Translations under genes and position numbers: made by a program | Source of the DNA: a bacterium | GTDB lineage: Bacteria; Patescibacteriota; Minisyncoccia; Phycocordibacterales; JAKAEA01 | Direction: 5' to 3' | DNA length: 64,000 bases | NCBI GenBank assembly: GCA_021818465.1 | Contig: JAKAEA010000001.1 | Coordinates: forward strand, 454,045 to 518,044 | The notes under the pieces: model-generated | The model's database searches: none | What the model was told of the DNA's origin: nothing | The model's input: the letters and a program-made list of their open reading frames with translations, nothing else | In this document: piece by piece, positions 47,973 through 58,122 of the stretch | How the letters are laid out: the number at the start of each line of letters is the position of its first letter | Numbering within the stretch: position 1 is the first letter of the stretch

Positions 47973-49394
47973 TTACTTTTTTTTCTTCCAAACGCTATCC
48001 TGACGAACGAGCAGATTCTGAGCTTGCTCTCGATGCTCCATAAGTTCTTCGGTAACGCGCTCCATACGCATACTTTGAGAGCCTTTAACAAAAATAATAT
48101 CGCCTGGCTGCAATTCTTCGGCAAGGTAGCGGCCAGCTTCACGACTAGTGTCAAATTGCAAAACAGCCGATTCATCCATACCGGCGTTTAAAGCACTTTC
48201 AGCAGCAGCTCGCATTCGTACTCCCACCGCTACCAAAAGCACAGAAACATTGTTGGGAATTTTTTGTTGCGCATCTGTAGGTAATGGCACTGCTTTTGCT
48301 GCAATGGCCGCGACATGTTCCCCCACCTTACGATGTTCAGCCGATGAATAATCGCCAAGCTCAAGCATATCACCCAGTACAGCAATTTTGCGACCAGGAG
48401 CTTGTATCGCTTCAAGGACATGTAAACCTGCAGCCACAGCAATTGGCGAAGCATTATAACTATCATCAATAATAGTCGTTCCCCGCATACCCGGCACGAG
48501 ACGCATTCGCCCTGGAGTCGGCGCATATTCCGCCAACCCTTCCGCCACCTTAAGCGGATTAAACCGTATATCACTATGCTCTTTGCGCTTGATATCTTCC
48601 GTAACTGCCAAAGCCGTAGCAAAAGCAGCAATAACCGGGTACACGTGCTGACGGCCGAGCACATTGGAAATAGCTACTGGTAAACTAGCACCGCCACCAT
48701 ATTCCAAACGAAAACGCATCCCCGTGGGCACCGCGAAATCTGAAAATTCTCTCGGTGCATAGATAATTTCTTCGTTCGATACCCGCACCATAGCACCCGC
48801 AGAAAAACCGTAGGTAATTTTTTTACCAGCTATGGTATTAGCAAGAGCTACAATACGATCATCATCGGCATTAACGACCAACACACCTTCAGGTCGTAGT
48901 GCTGCCACTAATTGACCCTTTTCGCTCACCAGAGCGTCAATTGATGGAAAAAACTCAACATGTACAGGCACATCAGGAATACGTGTCAACGTCACAATAT
49001 CCGGCTTGATCCATTTTGTCACTCGGCCAATATCACCTGGCCGATCGGCACCAATCTCTAACACCAGCCAACGTGGATATTGAAACGTAAACACAGCAAG
49101 CAAAAATCCCTCTACAAAATTAACGAGCCAACGAAAAGGATTGTACCAGCCATTTGGCAAACCGAGTACCGAAAGGGCTACACCAATATCACTATTGAAA
49201 CTTTTCTCGCTCATACGAACATCGGCAGCACCACCGGCAAATATGCCGGCCAGCGCCGTTCCTATAGCATCTTTGGTTGAGGTTTTTCCTACGGAACCAG
49301 TGATAGCCACAATACCTGGTTTGTATTTTTTAAGTACCAACTGCGCTTCCCAAACTATAATTTTTTCAACAATATATTTAAAAATGTGTTTCAT
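47973..49394 (-). CDS. murF: UDP-N-acetylmuramoyl-tripeptide--D-alanyl-D-alanine ligase
   Basis: Mur ligase P-loop ITGSVGKTSTK and Mur ligase C-terminal domain. Confidence 0.85.
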   Translation of the reverse strand: MKHIFKYIVEKIIVWEAQLVLKKYKPGIVAITGSVGKTSTKDAIGTALAGIFAGGAADVRMSEKSFNSDIGVALSVLGLPNGWYNPFRWLVNFVEGFLLAVFTFQYPRWLVLEIGADRPGDIGRVTKWIKPDIVTLTRIPDVPVHVEFFPSIDALVSEKGQLVAALRPEGVLVVNADDDRIVALANTIAGKKITYGFSAGAMVRVSNEEIIYAPREFSDFAVPTGMRFRLEYGGGASLPVAISNVLGRQHVYPVIAAFATALAVTEDIKRKEHSDIRFNPLKVAEGLAEYAPTPGRMRLVPGMRGTTIIDDSYNASPIAVAAGLHVLEAIQAPGRKIAVLGDMLELGDYSSAEHRKVGEHVAAIAAKAVPLPTDAQQKIPNNVSVLLVAVGVRMRAAAESALNAGMDESAVLQFDTSREAGRYLAEELQPGDIIFVKGSQSMRMERVTEELMEHREQAQNLLVRQDSVWKKKK

Positions 49395-49419
49395 ACTATA
49401 TCCATAAAGCTACTAAACC

Positions 49420-51138
49420 CTATCGGTCAGGCGGAACATCGTAATAGCTTATCAGATATTTTACGATATTAACAAATGCCGGTGTTAAGCTTTGCGAAGC
49501 AAACTCGACACCTTGTGGTTTATAGGTATAGAGAAATACAAGAAACCGCGCATGTGAGCCAATAGAAGGGAAAAAGCCGCAAAATGAGTTGAGATATTGA
49601 TTAGGCAAGTAGCCACCGCCTGGTATAGCGATTTGCGCAGTACCATCTTTCGAGGCAACGGAGTAATGTTTGAAATATACTGCACCAACACGATCATTCA
49701 CGAGAGCAACTTGGTACACGTGCGTCAACATCTGAGCAATGGTAACTGCCGTAGATGTCGCAATAACTCTCGGCCCCGGACCATAGGAAATATTTTTAAC
49801 CGTGCCATTCGTATACATAATCTGACTAACAACATGCGGCGTAGGAAGCGTGCCCCCATTAGCTAGTGCACTCCATGCTCGCACAGTAGAAATTGGAGAA
49901 AGTGCAATACCTTGACCAAATGCTGCTGTAGCCAAATCAATATTTTTGGAACTATTTAAGGTACGTAACAGATTGGTTGCCTCATTGGGTAAATCGATAC
50001 CTGTACTTGAAGCAAGACCGAAACGGTCCATGTATTCTTGAAAACGTTGATGCCCGAGTTCTAAAGCTACGGTGGCTGCACCAGTATTGAGCGACTGGTC
50101 GAGAACAGTTTGCATTGTTGTGTATGGCCCCCGACCACGGTGGTCGTAATTCCAAATAGTAGAACCATCGACTTTTAAAAAACCCTTATCGTTGTATGTG
50201 GTTGTTGGGGTAACAAGTCCCGTATCAACACCAGCTGCCATGGTAAGCGCTTTAATGATGGATCCCATCTCATATACATTTTCTACTAGTGGATTTTTAT
50301 ACACCGCTATATTAGAAACCGTGGCATACGTATTGGGATTAAAACTTGGTGTTGCTCCCATAGCATAAATAGCGCCGGTTTCTGGATTAATAATAATGCC
50401 ACCCGTAATACCTGCGTGATATTTATTTTGAACCGCTTGAAGTTGCTGTTCTAAATATTGCTGCACATTTGGATCAATAGTGGTCACAATACTACCCTCT
50501 TGTTGACCACCTGTCGCGGTTTGAATATTAGAAAAAATTTGTGCAAAAAGATTGACGTACATTCCCGCATTACTGCGATTCAGTACGTTATTGTAATATT
50601 TCTCTAAACCATACAAACCAGTAGTTGACGTGCCATCATAACCAACAAAACCCACCACCTGCGAAGCCAGCGAACCTTCAGGATAATACCGCCAACGATC
50701 TTGGTATACACCAACTGCCGAAAGTTTCAGAGCCTTAATGGCATCAGCTTCGTTTTGCGGCACCTGTTTTGCTATTTCTTGATAGACACTGTTTGTATTC
50801 GTCGCATCAGCAAGAAATGTTTGTTCATTCAGAGGTATAATTGCTGCTAATTTTTTATAAAGCGCACTTGGCGACGTCGTGCCAGCGGCAATAACATTAG
50901 GATTAATAGCTACCGTATAGCCACTTTTTAAATCCGCTGCTGGAATAAGAGTGCCAGATTTATCTTGAAAATAAATTGTACCTCGATCATATAAACCACT
51001 TGCCGGCTGTACATACTGCTGATCAGCCCGATCAGAAAAAGCGGCTCCTTGCACAATTTGTACAAAGTAGAGCCGCGCAACTAAAATCAAAGCGAAGCCG
51101 ATAAGTACACCGGAAATGAATCTGATACGGCCACGCAT
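49420..51138 (-). CDS. ftsI: Penicillin-binding protein (FtsI-type class B transpeptidase)
   Basis: N-terminal TM segment, dimerisation domain, transpeptidase SxxK (GSIIK). Position between ftsL and murF. Confidence 0.85.
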   Translation of the reverse strand: MRGRIRFISGVLIGFALILVARLYFVQIVQGAAFSDRADQQYVQPASGLYDRGTIYFQDKSGTLIPAADLKSGYTVAINPNVIAAGTTSPSALYKKLAAIIPLNEQTFLADATNTNSVYQEIAKQVPQNEADAIKALKLSAVGVYQDRWRYYPEGSLASQVVGFVGYDGTSTTGLYGLEKYYNNVLNRSNAGMYVNLFAQIFSNIQTATGGQQEGSIVTTIDPNVQQYLEQQLQAVQNKYHAGITGGIIINPETGAIYAMGATPSFNPNTYATVSNIAVYKNPLVENVYEMGSIIKALTMAAGVDTGLVTPTTTYNDKGFLKVDGSTIWNYDHRGRGPYTTMQTVLDQSLNTGAATVALELGHQRFQEYMDRFGLASSTGIDLPNEATNLLRTLNSSKNIDLATAAFGQGIALSPISTVRAWSALANGGTLPTPHVVSQIMYTNGTVKNISYGPGPRVIATSTAVTIAQMLTHVYQVALVNDRVGAVYFKHYSVASKDGTAQIAIPGGGYLPNQYLNSFCGFFPSIGSHARFLVFLYTYKPQGVEFASQSLTPAFVNIVKYLISYYDVPPDR

Positions 51139-51144
51139 ATTTCT

Positions 51145-51504
51145 TTACGGATATTTTACCGCAAAAGCCGCTCCTGGAATAGGTGCTGCGGAGGCAGAAA
51201 TAAACTGTGGTGACGCCACGTTTTGATATCCGTCTTGATGTGCCAACGCCAGTGAAATTGCACTTTCTTGACTGATATAGGTTGATTGCATTGCATCTAC
51301 ATTGAGCGTCAATTGAGCATTTTGATTTTGTAATCTACCGTACTGTACTACGTTGTATACCGTAGCGTTAATAAGATAGAGGTACGCGAACGCGAGAAAC
51401 AGGAGCGCGCCGACGAGCATAAAGAACAGTCGGCGCGCGGTAAAACGATGTAACCACGATTGCCAAAGCGGAAGTGTTGAATTGTATGTTGCTATGTACT
51501 GCAT
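51145..51504 (-). CDS. ftsL: Cell division protein FtsL-like
   Basis: Small bitopic protein between rsmH and ftsI. Confidence 0.55.
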   Translation of the reverse strand: MQYIATYNSTLPLWQSWLHRFTARRLFFMLVGALLFLAFAYLYLINATVYNVVQYGRLQNQNAQLTLNVDAMQSTYISQESAISLALAHQDGYQNVASPQFISASAAPIPGAAFAVKYP

Positions 51505-51510
51505 GAAAAA

Positions 51511-52449
51511 TTATTTTTTAATAATGATACGTAATTTTGCGGAACGAGCGCGCGGGTTTGTGTTAATTTCTTGCGATGTCGACGTAATTGGTTTTTTAGT
51601 AACAAGGATCGCGCGGTCAGCCTTGTATTCGCGCTGAAAGAAACGCTTCACGACACGATCTTCCAAGCTATGAAAAGAAATGACGGCAATGCGACCACCA
51701 GAGCATAAAACACGCCAACCGTCATCGAGAACCTGCTGCAATGCGCCAAGCTCATCATTGACCGCAATGCGCAGTGCTTGAAATGTCTTTGTGGCGGGAT
51801 GAACACGACGATGATGATAGCTATGCGGTGTTGCTGTCATGATGAGCTCTACTAACTGGCCGACCGTACGAAATGGTGCATGTAGACGAGCGGCAACAAT
51901 TGCTGCAGCAATTTTTTTAGCGTAGCGCTCCTCACCATAACCGTATAAAATCGTTGCGAGCGTCTCTTCGCTCCACGTGTTCAGGATAATTTCGGCGGTC
52001 AGAAGTGGTTGCTCACGCGTTGGATCAGCAAATGTCATCAGTAACGGCTCATCGGGTTTTTGAAAACTAAATCCCCTACCCGATGTCGCCAATTCATCAG
52101 AACTTAGCCCCAAATCCAGTAAGAGTTTATTGATTGCATGAACACCCAGATCATCAAGCACGAGTGCTAATCGGCGAAAATTGCTTTCCACAAAGGAAAT
52201 GTGTGTTTGATCAAACCCTGCGAGTCGTGCTCGGGCACGCTCAAGTGCGCTACGATCAGCATCAAGACACACGAGCTGTACCTGGCCATTCCAACGTTTT
52301 AAAATTTCTACGCTGTGACCACCACCACCTGTTGTGCCATCAACAACTACGTCATTCGCCGCAATGGCTAAGCCATCAATCGTTTCTTGTAAAAGAACTG
52401 GAATATGGATGGTGTCGGTATCGTTCGACATAGTCGCAATTGTCGCCAC
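51511..52449 (-). CDS. rsmH: 16S rRNA (cytosine1402-N4)-methyltransferase
   Basis: RsmH/MraW family, TTGGGGHS SAM motif. Confidence 0.9.
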   Translation of the reverse strand: MATIATMSNDTDTIHIPVLLQETIDGLAIAANDVVVDGTTGGGGHSVEILKRWNGQVQLVCLDADRSALERARARLAGFDQTHISFVESNFRRLALVLDDLGVHAINKLLLDLGLSSDELATSGRGFSFQKPDEPLLMTFADPTREQPLLTAEIILNTWSEETLATILYGYGEERYAKKIAAAIVAARLHAPFRTVGQLVELIMTATPHSYHHRRVHPATKTFQALRIAVNDELGALQQVLDDGWRVLCSGGRIAVISFHSLEDRVVKRFFQREYKADRAILVTKKPITSTSQEINTNPRARSAKLRIIIKK

Positions 52450-52452
52450 ACA

Positions 52453-52887
52453 CTAGAAAGCGCCGATCTCACCAAGCTTTTGTGCCAACTCGTCAGCGCG
52501 ACTACTGATACCTTTCTTGTAATTCGCCCAGCGTGTCTCGTTCCAGATTTCTAAGCGATTACCGACGCCGGCAAACACAATCTTGCCACCAAGCTTGGCG
52601 AATTCCCGCAGATGCTCAGGAATGAGCAATCTACCGGCACCGTCAACCTCCGTATCAGTAGCACCAGAGAGCATCAAACGATTAAAACCGCGGCTGTCAG
52701 CCTGGCCAGTAGAAAGATTGGCAAGCTTTGTAGCAATCGTTTGCCATTCCGCCTGCGAATACAGAGCCAGACACTGATCTAAACCGTAGGTAATAACCAC
52801 CGTCGTACCTAGGTCACGGCGGAATTTCGCGGGCAATGCAACGCGATTTTTATCATCAACAGTATGTTTAAATTCGCCGATTAACAT
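52453..52887 (-). CDS. mraZ: Transcriptional regulator MraZ
   Basis: MLIGEFKHTVDDKNRVALP... Two MraZ repeats. ATG 52887 with GGAGG upstream is preferred to GTG 52905. Confidence 0.85.
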   Translation of the reverse strand: MLIGEFKHTVDDKNRVALPAKFRRDLGTTVVITYGLDQCLALYSQAEWQTIATKLANLSTGQADSRGFNRLMLSGATDTEVDGAGRLLIPEHLREFAKLGGKIVFAGVGNRLEIWNETRWANYKKGISSRADELAQKLGEIGAF

Positions 52888-52900
52888 AGGGTGTGTATCC

Positions 52901-52937
52901 TCCACTTTTTCCCACTATATACCATTTTATACCACTT
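52901..52937 (-). promoter_or_regulatory. MraZ operator-like array: four GTGG(G/T)-type direct repeats at 10-nt periodicity upstream of mraZ
   Basis: Minus strand reads AGTGGTATAAA-ATGGTATATA-GTGGGAAAAA-GTGGAGG immediately 5' of the mraZ RBS. Confidence 0.5.
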
Positions 52938-53098
52938 TTAGCTACTGACAACCATAGTTATCCACACTTACACCAGGATATTTTGATATCTAGAACACGC
53001 CACACACTAATAATAGTGCGCTAGCGTAATTATCATATATGTACCTATAAGCCCAATGAATATGAGTAAATCAACACCGCTAGACTATATATCTATAT

Positions 53099-54700
53099 CT
53101 ATACACTCGCTTCCTTGAGACGCTGCACAACAAAATCACGATCAAGAACACTCAGAAACCAACCTGCTTTAGGGCCACTAGCACGATCAAGAAAAGAAAT
53201 GTAAATTGCCGAGAAAAAATCTTTAGGATGTATACCCATTTCATTTTTTATATCATGAAGCGCTGTGTGCAACTCTAAACCACTAATGGAATCGGCACCG
53301 AACGACATAATTTTTTCTAAAACCTTTTTGAGTGCCGTTTTTTGTTCAGTAGAAAAATTTTTAGCCGCCTGAGGAAGTGTCTGCTGGAGAAAAAATTGAT
53401 ATTCTGGCGGTGCGTAGGTATCAAGCCAGCGACGCGCATAAGTTTCGCGTAATTCAATTTCTTGCACATCTTCAATAGTCAGCGTACTTCCCTTTTCTTT
53501 TTCGACATGGGCCGTTATAGAAATATGCGGCATTTGCACAAGATAGGTAATGTATGAAAATCGCGGCAAAAAATGAGCCGAGAGTAATGGACGATCGCTG
53601 GGACGATGCATCAAAAAAAAGGTGCGCGAAAAATCACTGAGCTGATTTTGGGTGGCACGATCGGCAAAATATTTTTCCGCGTAACTGTCGTACGCGTCAT
53701 AGAGCAGAGGTACTGTGTCACCCTCTGGATTAAAATCGATAACGCGTTGTGGCTCACGTTGTAACAAGAGAAGCCGAACTAATTCCGGTGGAAACACGTC
53801 TGCCACTTCACGCGACGATGAACCACGACCTTTTGAGGACGACATTTTTTTACCACCAATATTGAAAAATTCGTACGGAATATTAAAAGGCGGCTCATGA
53901 TTAAAAACCCGCCGCGAAATTGCCTCGGCCACCTGACGTGAGCCGCCACGTGTAGAATGATCTTTTCCCGCTCCTTCTATGTCTACATCGAGTATTTTAA
54001 ATTTTGCCGCCCACTCAACCTTCCACGGCAATTTCGCTCGTCCGTTAAACGGCGAGACTGTTCCCTGATAACCGCAACCGTTAGTAAAGGCGACATCCTT
54101 ACAGGTATAACTGACTCGTTCACCATCAAAACTCGTAGCCACCGTAGTACTTACCTTGCCGCACTGTTCGCAGACGACATTAATGGGTAACCGGTCAGCC
54201 GAGCGTTCAGAGCCCGACACTTCCCTATTGATTTTTCCTATTTCTTCCGCGTGTTCAAGAGCTAACCGAATAGCTTCATTAAATTTTCCACTCCTATAAA
54301 GATCGCTGACGCGATAAAACTCTGGCGAAAATCCTAGTTCTTTAATAACGCCAATAAATTCGGCGGCATAATATTCGGCAAAATTCACCGCCACACCATC
54401 GGGAGACGGTACGGTATTGAGCGGTTTACCAAGGTATGGCTCATAGGTTTTTCTATCGAGTGTCGCGGGAATATCATCCATCGGATCATGGTCATTAATT
54501 TCAAAGAGATACGTATTGTTGATATTTCGCTCAGACAAAATCTCTGAAAGAAGACCGTGAATAGCTACTCCGCGCAACGACCCAACGTGCACCCGCCCTG
54601 ATGCGGTTTTTTCATCACGAATAATAAGCGGCCGACCGCTTTTTATTTTTTCTTGAAATTTTTGCTCGATATCATGACCGAGTCGATCAGCCCAAAACAT
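53099..54700 (-). CDS. lysK: Lysine--tRNA ligase, class I (archaeal-type LysK)
   Basis: Class I core (ASGRVHVGSLRG, HIGH-like), KMSSSKG, zinc-binding insertion CEQCGK...C..C. 533 aa. Confidence 0.6.
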   Translation of the reverse strand: MFWADRLGHDIEQKFQEKIKSGRPLIIRDEKTASGRVHVGSLRGVAIHGLLSEILSERNINNTYLFEINDHDPMDDIPATLDRKTYEPYLGKPLNTVPSPDGVAVNFAEYYAAEFIGVIKELGFSPEFYRVSDLYRSGKFNEAIRLALEHAEEIGKINREVSGSERSADRLPINVVCEQCGKVSTTVATSFDGERVSYTCKDVAFTNGCGYQGTVSPFNGRAKLPWKVEWAAKFKILDVDIEGAGKDHSTRGGSRQVAEAISRRVFNHEPPFNIPYEFFNIGGKKMSSSKGRGSSSREVADVFPPELVRLLLLQREPQRVIDFNPEGDTVPLLYDAYDSYAEKYFADRATQNQLSDFSRTFFLMHRPSDRPLLSAHFLPRFSYITYLVQMPHISITAHVEKEKGSTLTIEDVQEIELRETYARRWLDTYAPPEYQFFLQQTLPQAAKNFSTEQKTALKKVLEKIMSFGADSISGLELHTALHDIKNEMGIHPKDFFSAIYISFLDRASGPKAGWFLSVLDRDFVVQRLKEASV

Positions 54701-54735
54701 AGCGCTATTGTAACGACAGAAACAGGAAAGAGCAA

Positions 54736-55215
54736 TTAAGAAATCTTAACGATCGTGTACGCAACATCACCAGAGGGTGTTTTTACAGAAATGCTTTCGC
54801 CTTTTTTCTTACCCAATACGGCGGCACCAAGCGGCGAGGAAGCGGAAATCTTTCGAGCGAGCATATCAGCTTCTTCACTGCCCACAACCGTGTAATCGAT
54901 ATTTTCTTTTTTTCCTTCGCGGCGCAATTCAACTTTTGATCCAACAGTTACCACACCACTCTGTTTTCCAGCAGCGTCAGCGTCAACAATCGTAGCACCC
55001 TTAAGTAAGGTATCGAGTTTGCTAATACGATCCTCGAGCATTGCTTGTTCCTCACGAGCTTGATGATACTCGGCATTTTCCGACAAATCACCGAGCTGTT
55101 TAGCATATTCCAATTCTTCAGCAACTTCTTTGCGTTTGGTATTACGTAAATGCTCAAGTTCTTCGGTCAGTTGAACAAATTTTTCCTTTGTTAAATATTC
55201 TTTATTTTCAGCCAT
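54736..55215 (-). CDS. greA: Transcription elongation factor GreA
   Basis: N-terminal coiled coil plus C-terminal FKBP-like domain. Confidence 0.85.
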   Translation of the reverse strand: MAENKEYLTKEKFVQLTEELEHLRNTKRKEVAEELEYAKQLGDLSENAEYHQAREEQAMLEDRISKLDTLLKGATIVDADAAGKQSGVVTVGSKVELRREGKKENIDYTVVGSEEADMLARKISASSPLGAAVLGKKKGESISVKTPSGDVAYTIVKIS

Positions 55216-55284
55216 AATGAGGTTTTAAAGTGGCCGTAAGTATACACAGTGGCCAAACAAAAGTCAATACTATCGGCAGCACAA

Positions 55285-56991
55285 CTACTGCGCTGTTGTA
55301 GAAGCCACAGCAAAATATTCTGGTGTATGTTGATCCATCCAATCAAAAAGTTCCCGAGCCGCATCAAAAGAACCGAGTACATATTTTCTTGGTCGCCGTT
55401 CTAACATCATCACAAAAGCATATTGAGGATTTTGATATGGCCAAAACCCGCCAGTCCAAGAATTAGACATATCATTATGTACACCGAGTTGTGCTGTGCC
55501 AGTTTTAGTAGCGAATTGCACATATCCAACATTAAGCGCATTACCAGTACCAATGGTCGCCGAAAGACGCATACCGTAGTGGATCGCATTATAGTAACTC
55601 TGGGGAAAATTAAGATGCACCGCCGTACTCAATGCGTTTGTATCATGAGCGAGAATAGTCGGCGTTAAAAGTGTGCCGTCGTTAGCAATAGCGGTAATAG
55701 CACGGAGCACTTGCACGGGTGTTACTTGCCAACCAAATTGACCAATAACACTATGGTAGGTATCGCCAATTGACCAAGGATCATTTTTAAAAGCCGTTGC
55801 CTTCCATGCTGGCGATGGCACAATACCAGACGGCCCCTTAAAAAAACCTGGCACAGATGAACCGTAACCAAATAAATGAGCATATTTATCTATATTAGCA
55901 ATACCCATTCCCTTCTGATTTTGATAACCACCACCTACTATATAGAAATATGCGTCTGACGAATAACCAATAGCGTGCGCCAAATCAAGTGCGCCATTAT
56001 TTCGCCAATCATTGAATCTATAAATAATTGATGGATTATAGGGATCAGGAACGGTAATATAGCCATGCGTATCTATAATGGTACTGGCAGCGATAGTGCC
56101 AGTATCAAGAGCACCCATTGCCATAACCGGCTTTACGATTGATCCGGGAGCATATAAACCATTCGTGAGTCGATCCAAAAGCGGCGTGGCTGGATCATTT
56201 AAATACGTACTGATTGCCGCAGTATTAGTGCCGTCAGCCATAATTTGCGGATTGTATGTAGGAAAACTAACGGCGGCCAATACCTCGCCAGTGTGTATAT
56301 TCATAATAATACCCGCGCCACCCGGTGATTGAATTTTGGCGGCAATATCTCCCAAAGCTTTATACATTTCCGCTTGAACACGACTATCGATAGAAAGTGT
56401 AATATTTTGTCCGGGTTGCGGCGGTTGAACTACGTTTCGCGAAACAATAGCACCACGAGCCGTTTCTTCTGCTAACTCACTACCATTTTTGCCAGTCAAC
56501 TCACTATTAAAATATTTTTCAGCCCCCGTAATACCGACATAATCTTGGCGGTAGTAAAATCCACTCGTATCTTGCGTTGGATATTTTACGTACCCAATCA
56601 AAGAACCCAGACCAGTTGAAGTTGCGTATTCACGCAAAGGCACTGCTGGATTATTGGGATTCACATTATTCCAAGCAAGCGGTACTCCGTTACGATCAAA
56701 AATGACACCGCGCGGCGCAAATAAAATAGATGAGTGTAAACTATTGTTTTGAGCGAGCTGTTTAAATTGAGCACCCTGCACCACTTGCAAATTCCACAAC
56801 TGACCCAAAAACGAAATACCGACCAATGCGGCAAACCCACCAACGATCCACGCAACTTTTTTATTAATGGGTTTTTCTAAACGCCCTTCAAATTGGTGAC
56901 GATCGAAGTGCGGCAAATTTGAAGCATCAAGAAAAATTTGATCGGGATCAATATCGTGTATCGGAGGTGGTGGCTGCTTAAAAAAACGCAT
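55285..56991 (-). CDS. mrdA: Penicillin-binding protein 2 (class B, elongasome)
   Basis: SxxK (GSIVKP), KTGTA. Adjacent to mreD/mreC/mreB. Confidence 0.8.
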   Translation of the reverse strand: MRFFKQPPPPIHDIDPDQIFLDASNLPHFDRHQFEGRLEKPINKKVAWIVGGFAALVGISFLGQLWNLQVVQGAQFKQLAQNNSLHSSILFAPRGVIFDRNGVPLAWNNVNPNNPAVPLREYATSTGLGSLIGYVKYPTQDTSGFYYRQDYVGITGAEKYFNSELTGKNGSELAEETARGAIVSRNVVQPPQPGQNITLSIDSRVQAEMYKALGDIAAKIQSPGGAGIIMNIHTGEVLAAVSFPTYNPQIMADGTNTAAISTYLNDPATPLLDRLTNGLYAPGSIVKPVMAMGALDTGTIAASTIIDTHGYITVPDPYNPSIIYRFNDWRNNGALDLAHAIGYSSDAYFYIVGGGYQNQKGMGIANIDKYAHLFGYGSSVPGFFKGPSGIVPSPAWKATAFKNDPWSIGDTYHSVIGQFGWQVTPVQVLRAITAIANDGTLLTPTILAHDTNALSTAVHLNFPQSYYNAIHYGMRLSATIGTGNALNVGYVQFATKTGTAQLGVHNDMSNSWTGGFWPYQNPQYAFVMMLERRPRKYVLGSFDAARELFDWMDQHTPEYFAVASTTAQ

Positions 56992-56993
56992 AG

Positions 56994-57275
56994 TTATAGA
57001 GTGCTACGAAGAAATGGTTTGAGATAGTGTATGACGAGAAACGCAACAAATGTACAGAGCGTTACAGCATATGGAAACTGCATAAACCAAATCGCCGGTC
57101 CATTATAAAGAGAATCAATGATAATGCCAAGAATGACGAGCTCTATGTATCGTCGAAAGAAAAATGCAGCACCCAAGGCAACAATACACGGCAACCACCA
57201 GGGTGCGATGAATGCTAATACGAAAACGACGCAATCTACCCACCAACGCTTATTTTTTAACAGTGGTATGAACAT
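56994..57275 (-). CDS. mreD: Rod shape-determining protein MreD-like
   Basis: Small polytopic membrane protein between mreC and PBP2. Confidence 0.5.
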   Translation of the reverse strand: MFIPLLKNKRWWVDCVVFVLAFIAPWWLPCIVALGAAFFFRRYIELVILGIIIDSLYNGPAIWFMQFPYAVTLCTFVAFLVIHYLKPFLRSTL

Positions 57276-58122
57276 TCGTGGTATCTTTTTTTATAAGCAC
57301 AGACGAAAGATCAAAAATATCTACCGGTGCGGTAAAAAGAATGCGTTCATATGGATCAGCTGGGGCAGCCGTTGCTACTTCTATCCGACCAAGAATATCA
57401 TTGACCGGCATACCAGCAGCTGTAACAATATCGCCAATAGCCACCGGTGAATTACGCGGCAAGCGCACTTCAAGCGTGCCACCGCCCAAACCTTCGGCCG
57501 CCGCTTCCAAAGACGATGAGCCTAATAAAACATTAATCGTTTGACCGGGTGTGGAATACGCAGTAACCGTGGCGGCCGTAGCCGACACAGAACTGACGTA
57601 TCCAATAAGCGTATATGGATCGGCAAACACGAGATCGCCAGTGGCAACACCTTGATCACTACCAGCCGCGACGAGCATCGTGTCATAAGGTGAAAAATCT
57701 GGTTTTGAAAAAACGGCCGCGGTCACAAATGCACTTGGTGACGATGAACCAAATTCCCCCAACAGCGTTTGCAGTTGATACGCTTTGGTAGCGAAATAAT
57801 CTCGCTCAGCTACAACAGCAGCATAGAGCGCAGCGTCTTTTTTAAGAGTAGTATTTTGCGCCTGCAAACTTTCTTTACTTTGAAAAAAAGTACTCAATCC
57901 CTCTACACTCGTACTAAGAGCATTGCGGATTGCCGCAAAAGGTTGGGCAATGGCCTGCACAGGTGTCGCCATAATATGCGGCGCAAAACGAGCGGCTATA
58001 AGCACCAGCAACAAAAAACCCACAATACCGAAGATTCCGTAGCGCATTACAAAACTAGATCGCCGGCCAAAATAACCCGAACTCGGTCGACGAAAATTAG
58101 AGCTTGGCAGACGGAAGCGCAT
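57250..58122 (-). CDS. mreC: Rod shape-determining protein MreC
   Basis: N-terminal TM segment, coiled coil, and C-terminal beta domain. The start is uncertain (58122 versus 58047). Confidence 0.7.
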   Translation of the reverse strand: MRFRLPSSNFRRPSSGYFGRRSSFVMRYGIFGIVGFLLLVLIAARFAPHIMATPVQAIAQPFAAIRNALSTSVEGLSTFFQSKESLQAQNTTLKKDAALYAAVVAERDYFATKAYQLQTLLGEFGSSSPSAFVTAAVFSKPDFSPYDTMLVAAGSDQGVATGDLVFADPYTLIGYVSSVSATAATVTAYSTPGQTINVLLGSSSLEAAAEGLGGGTLEVRLPRNSPVAIGDIVTAAGMPVNDILGRIEVATAAPADPYERILFTAPVDIFDLSSVLIKKDTTNVHTTVKK

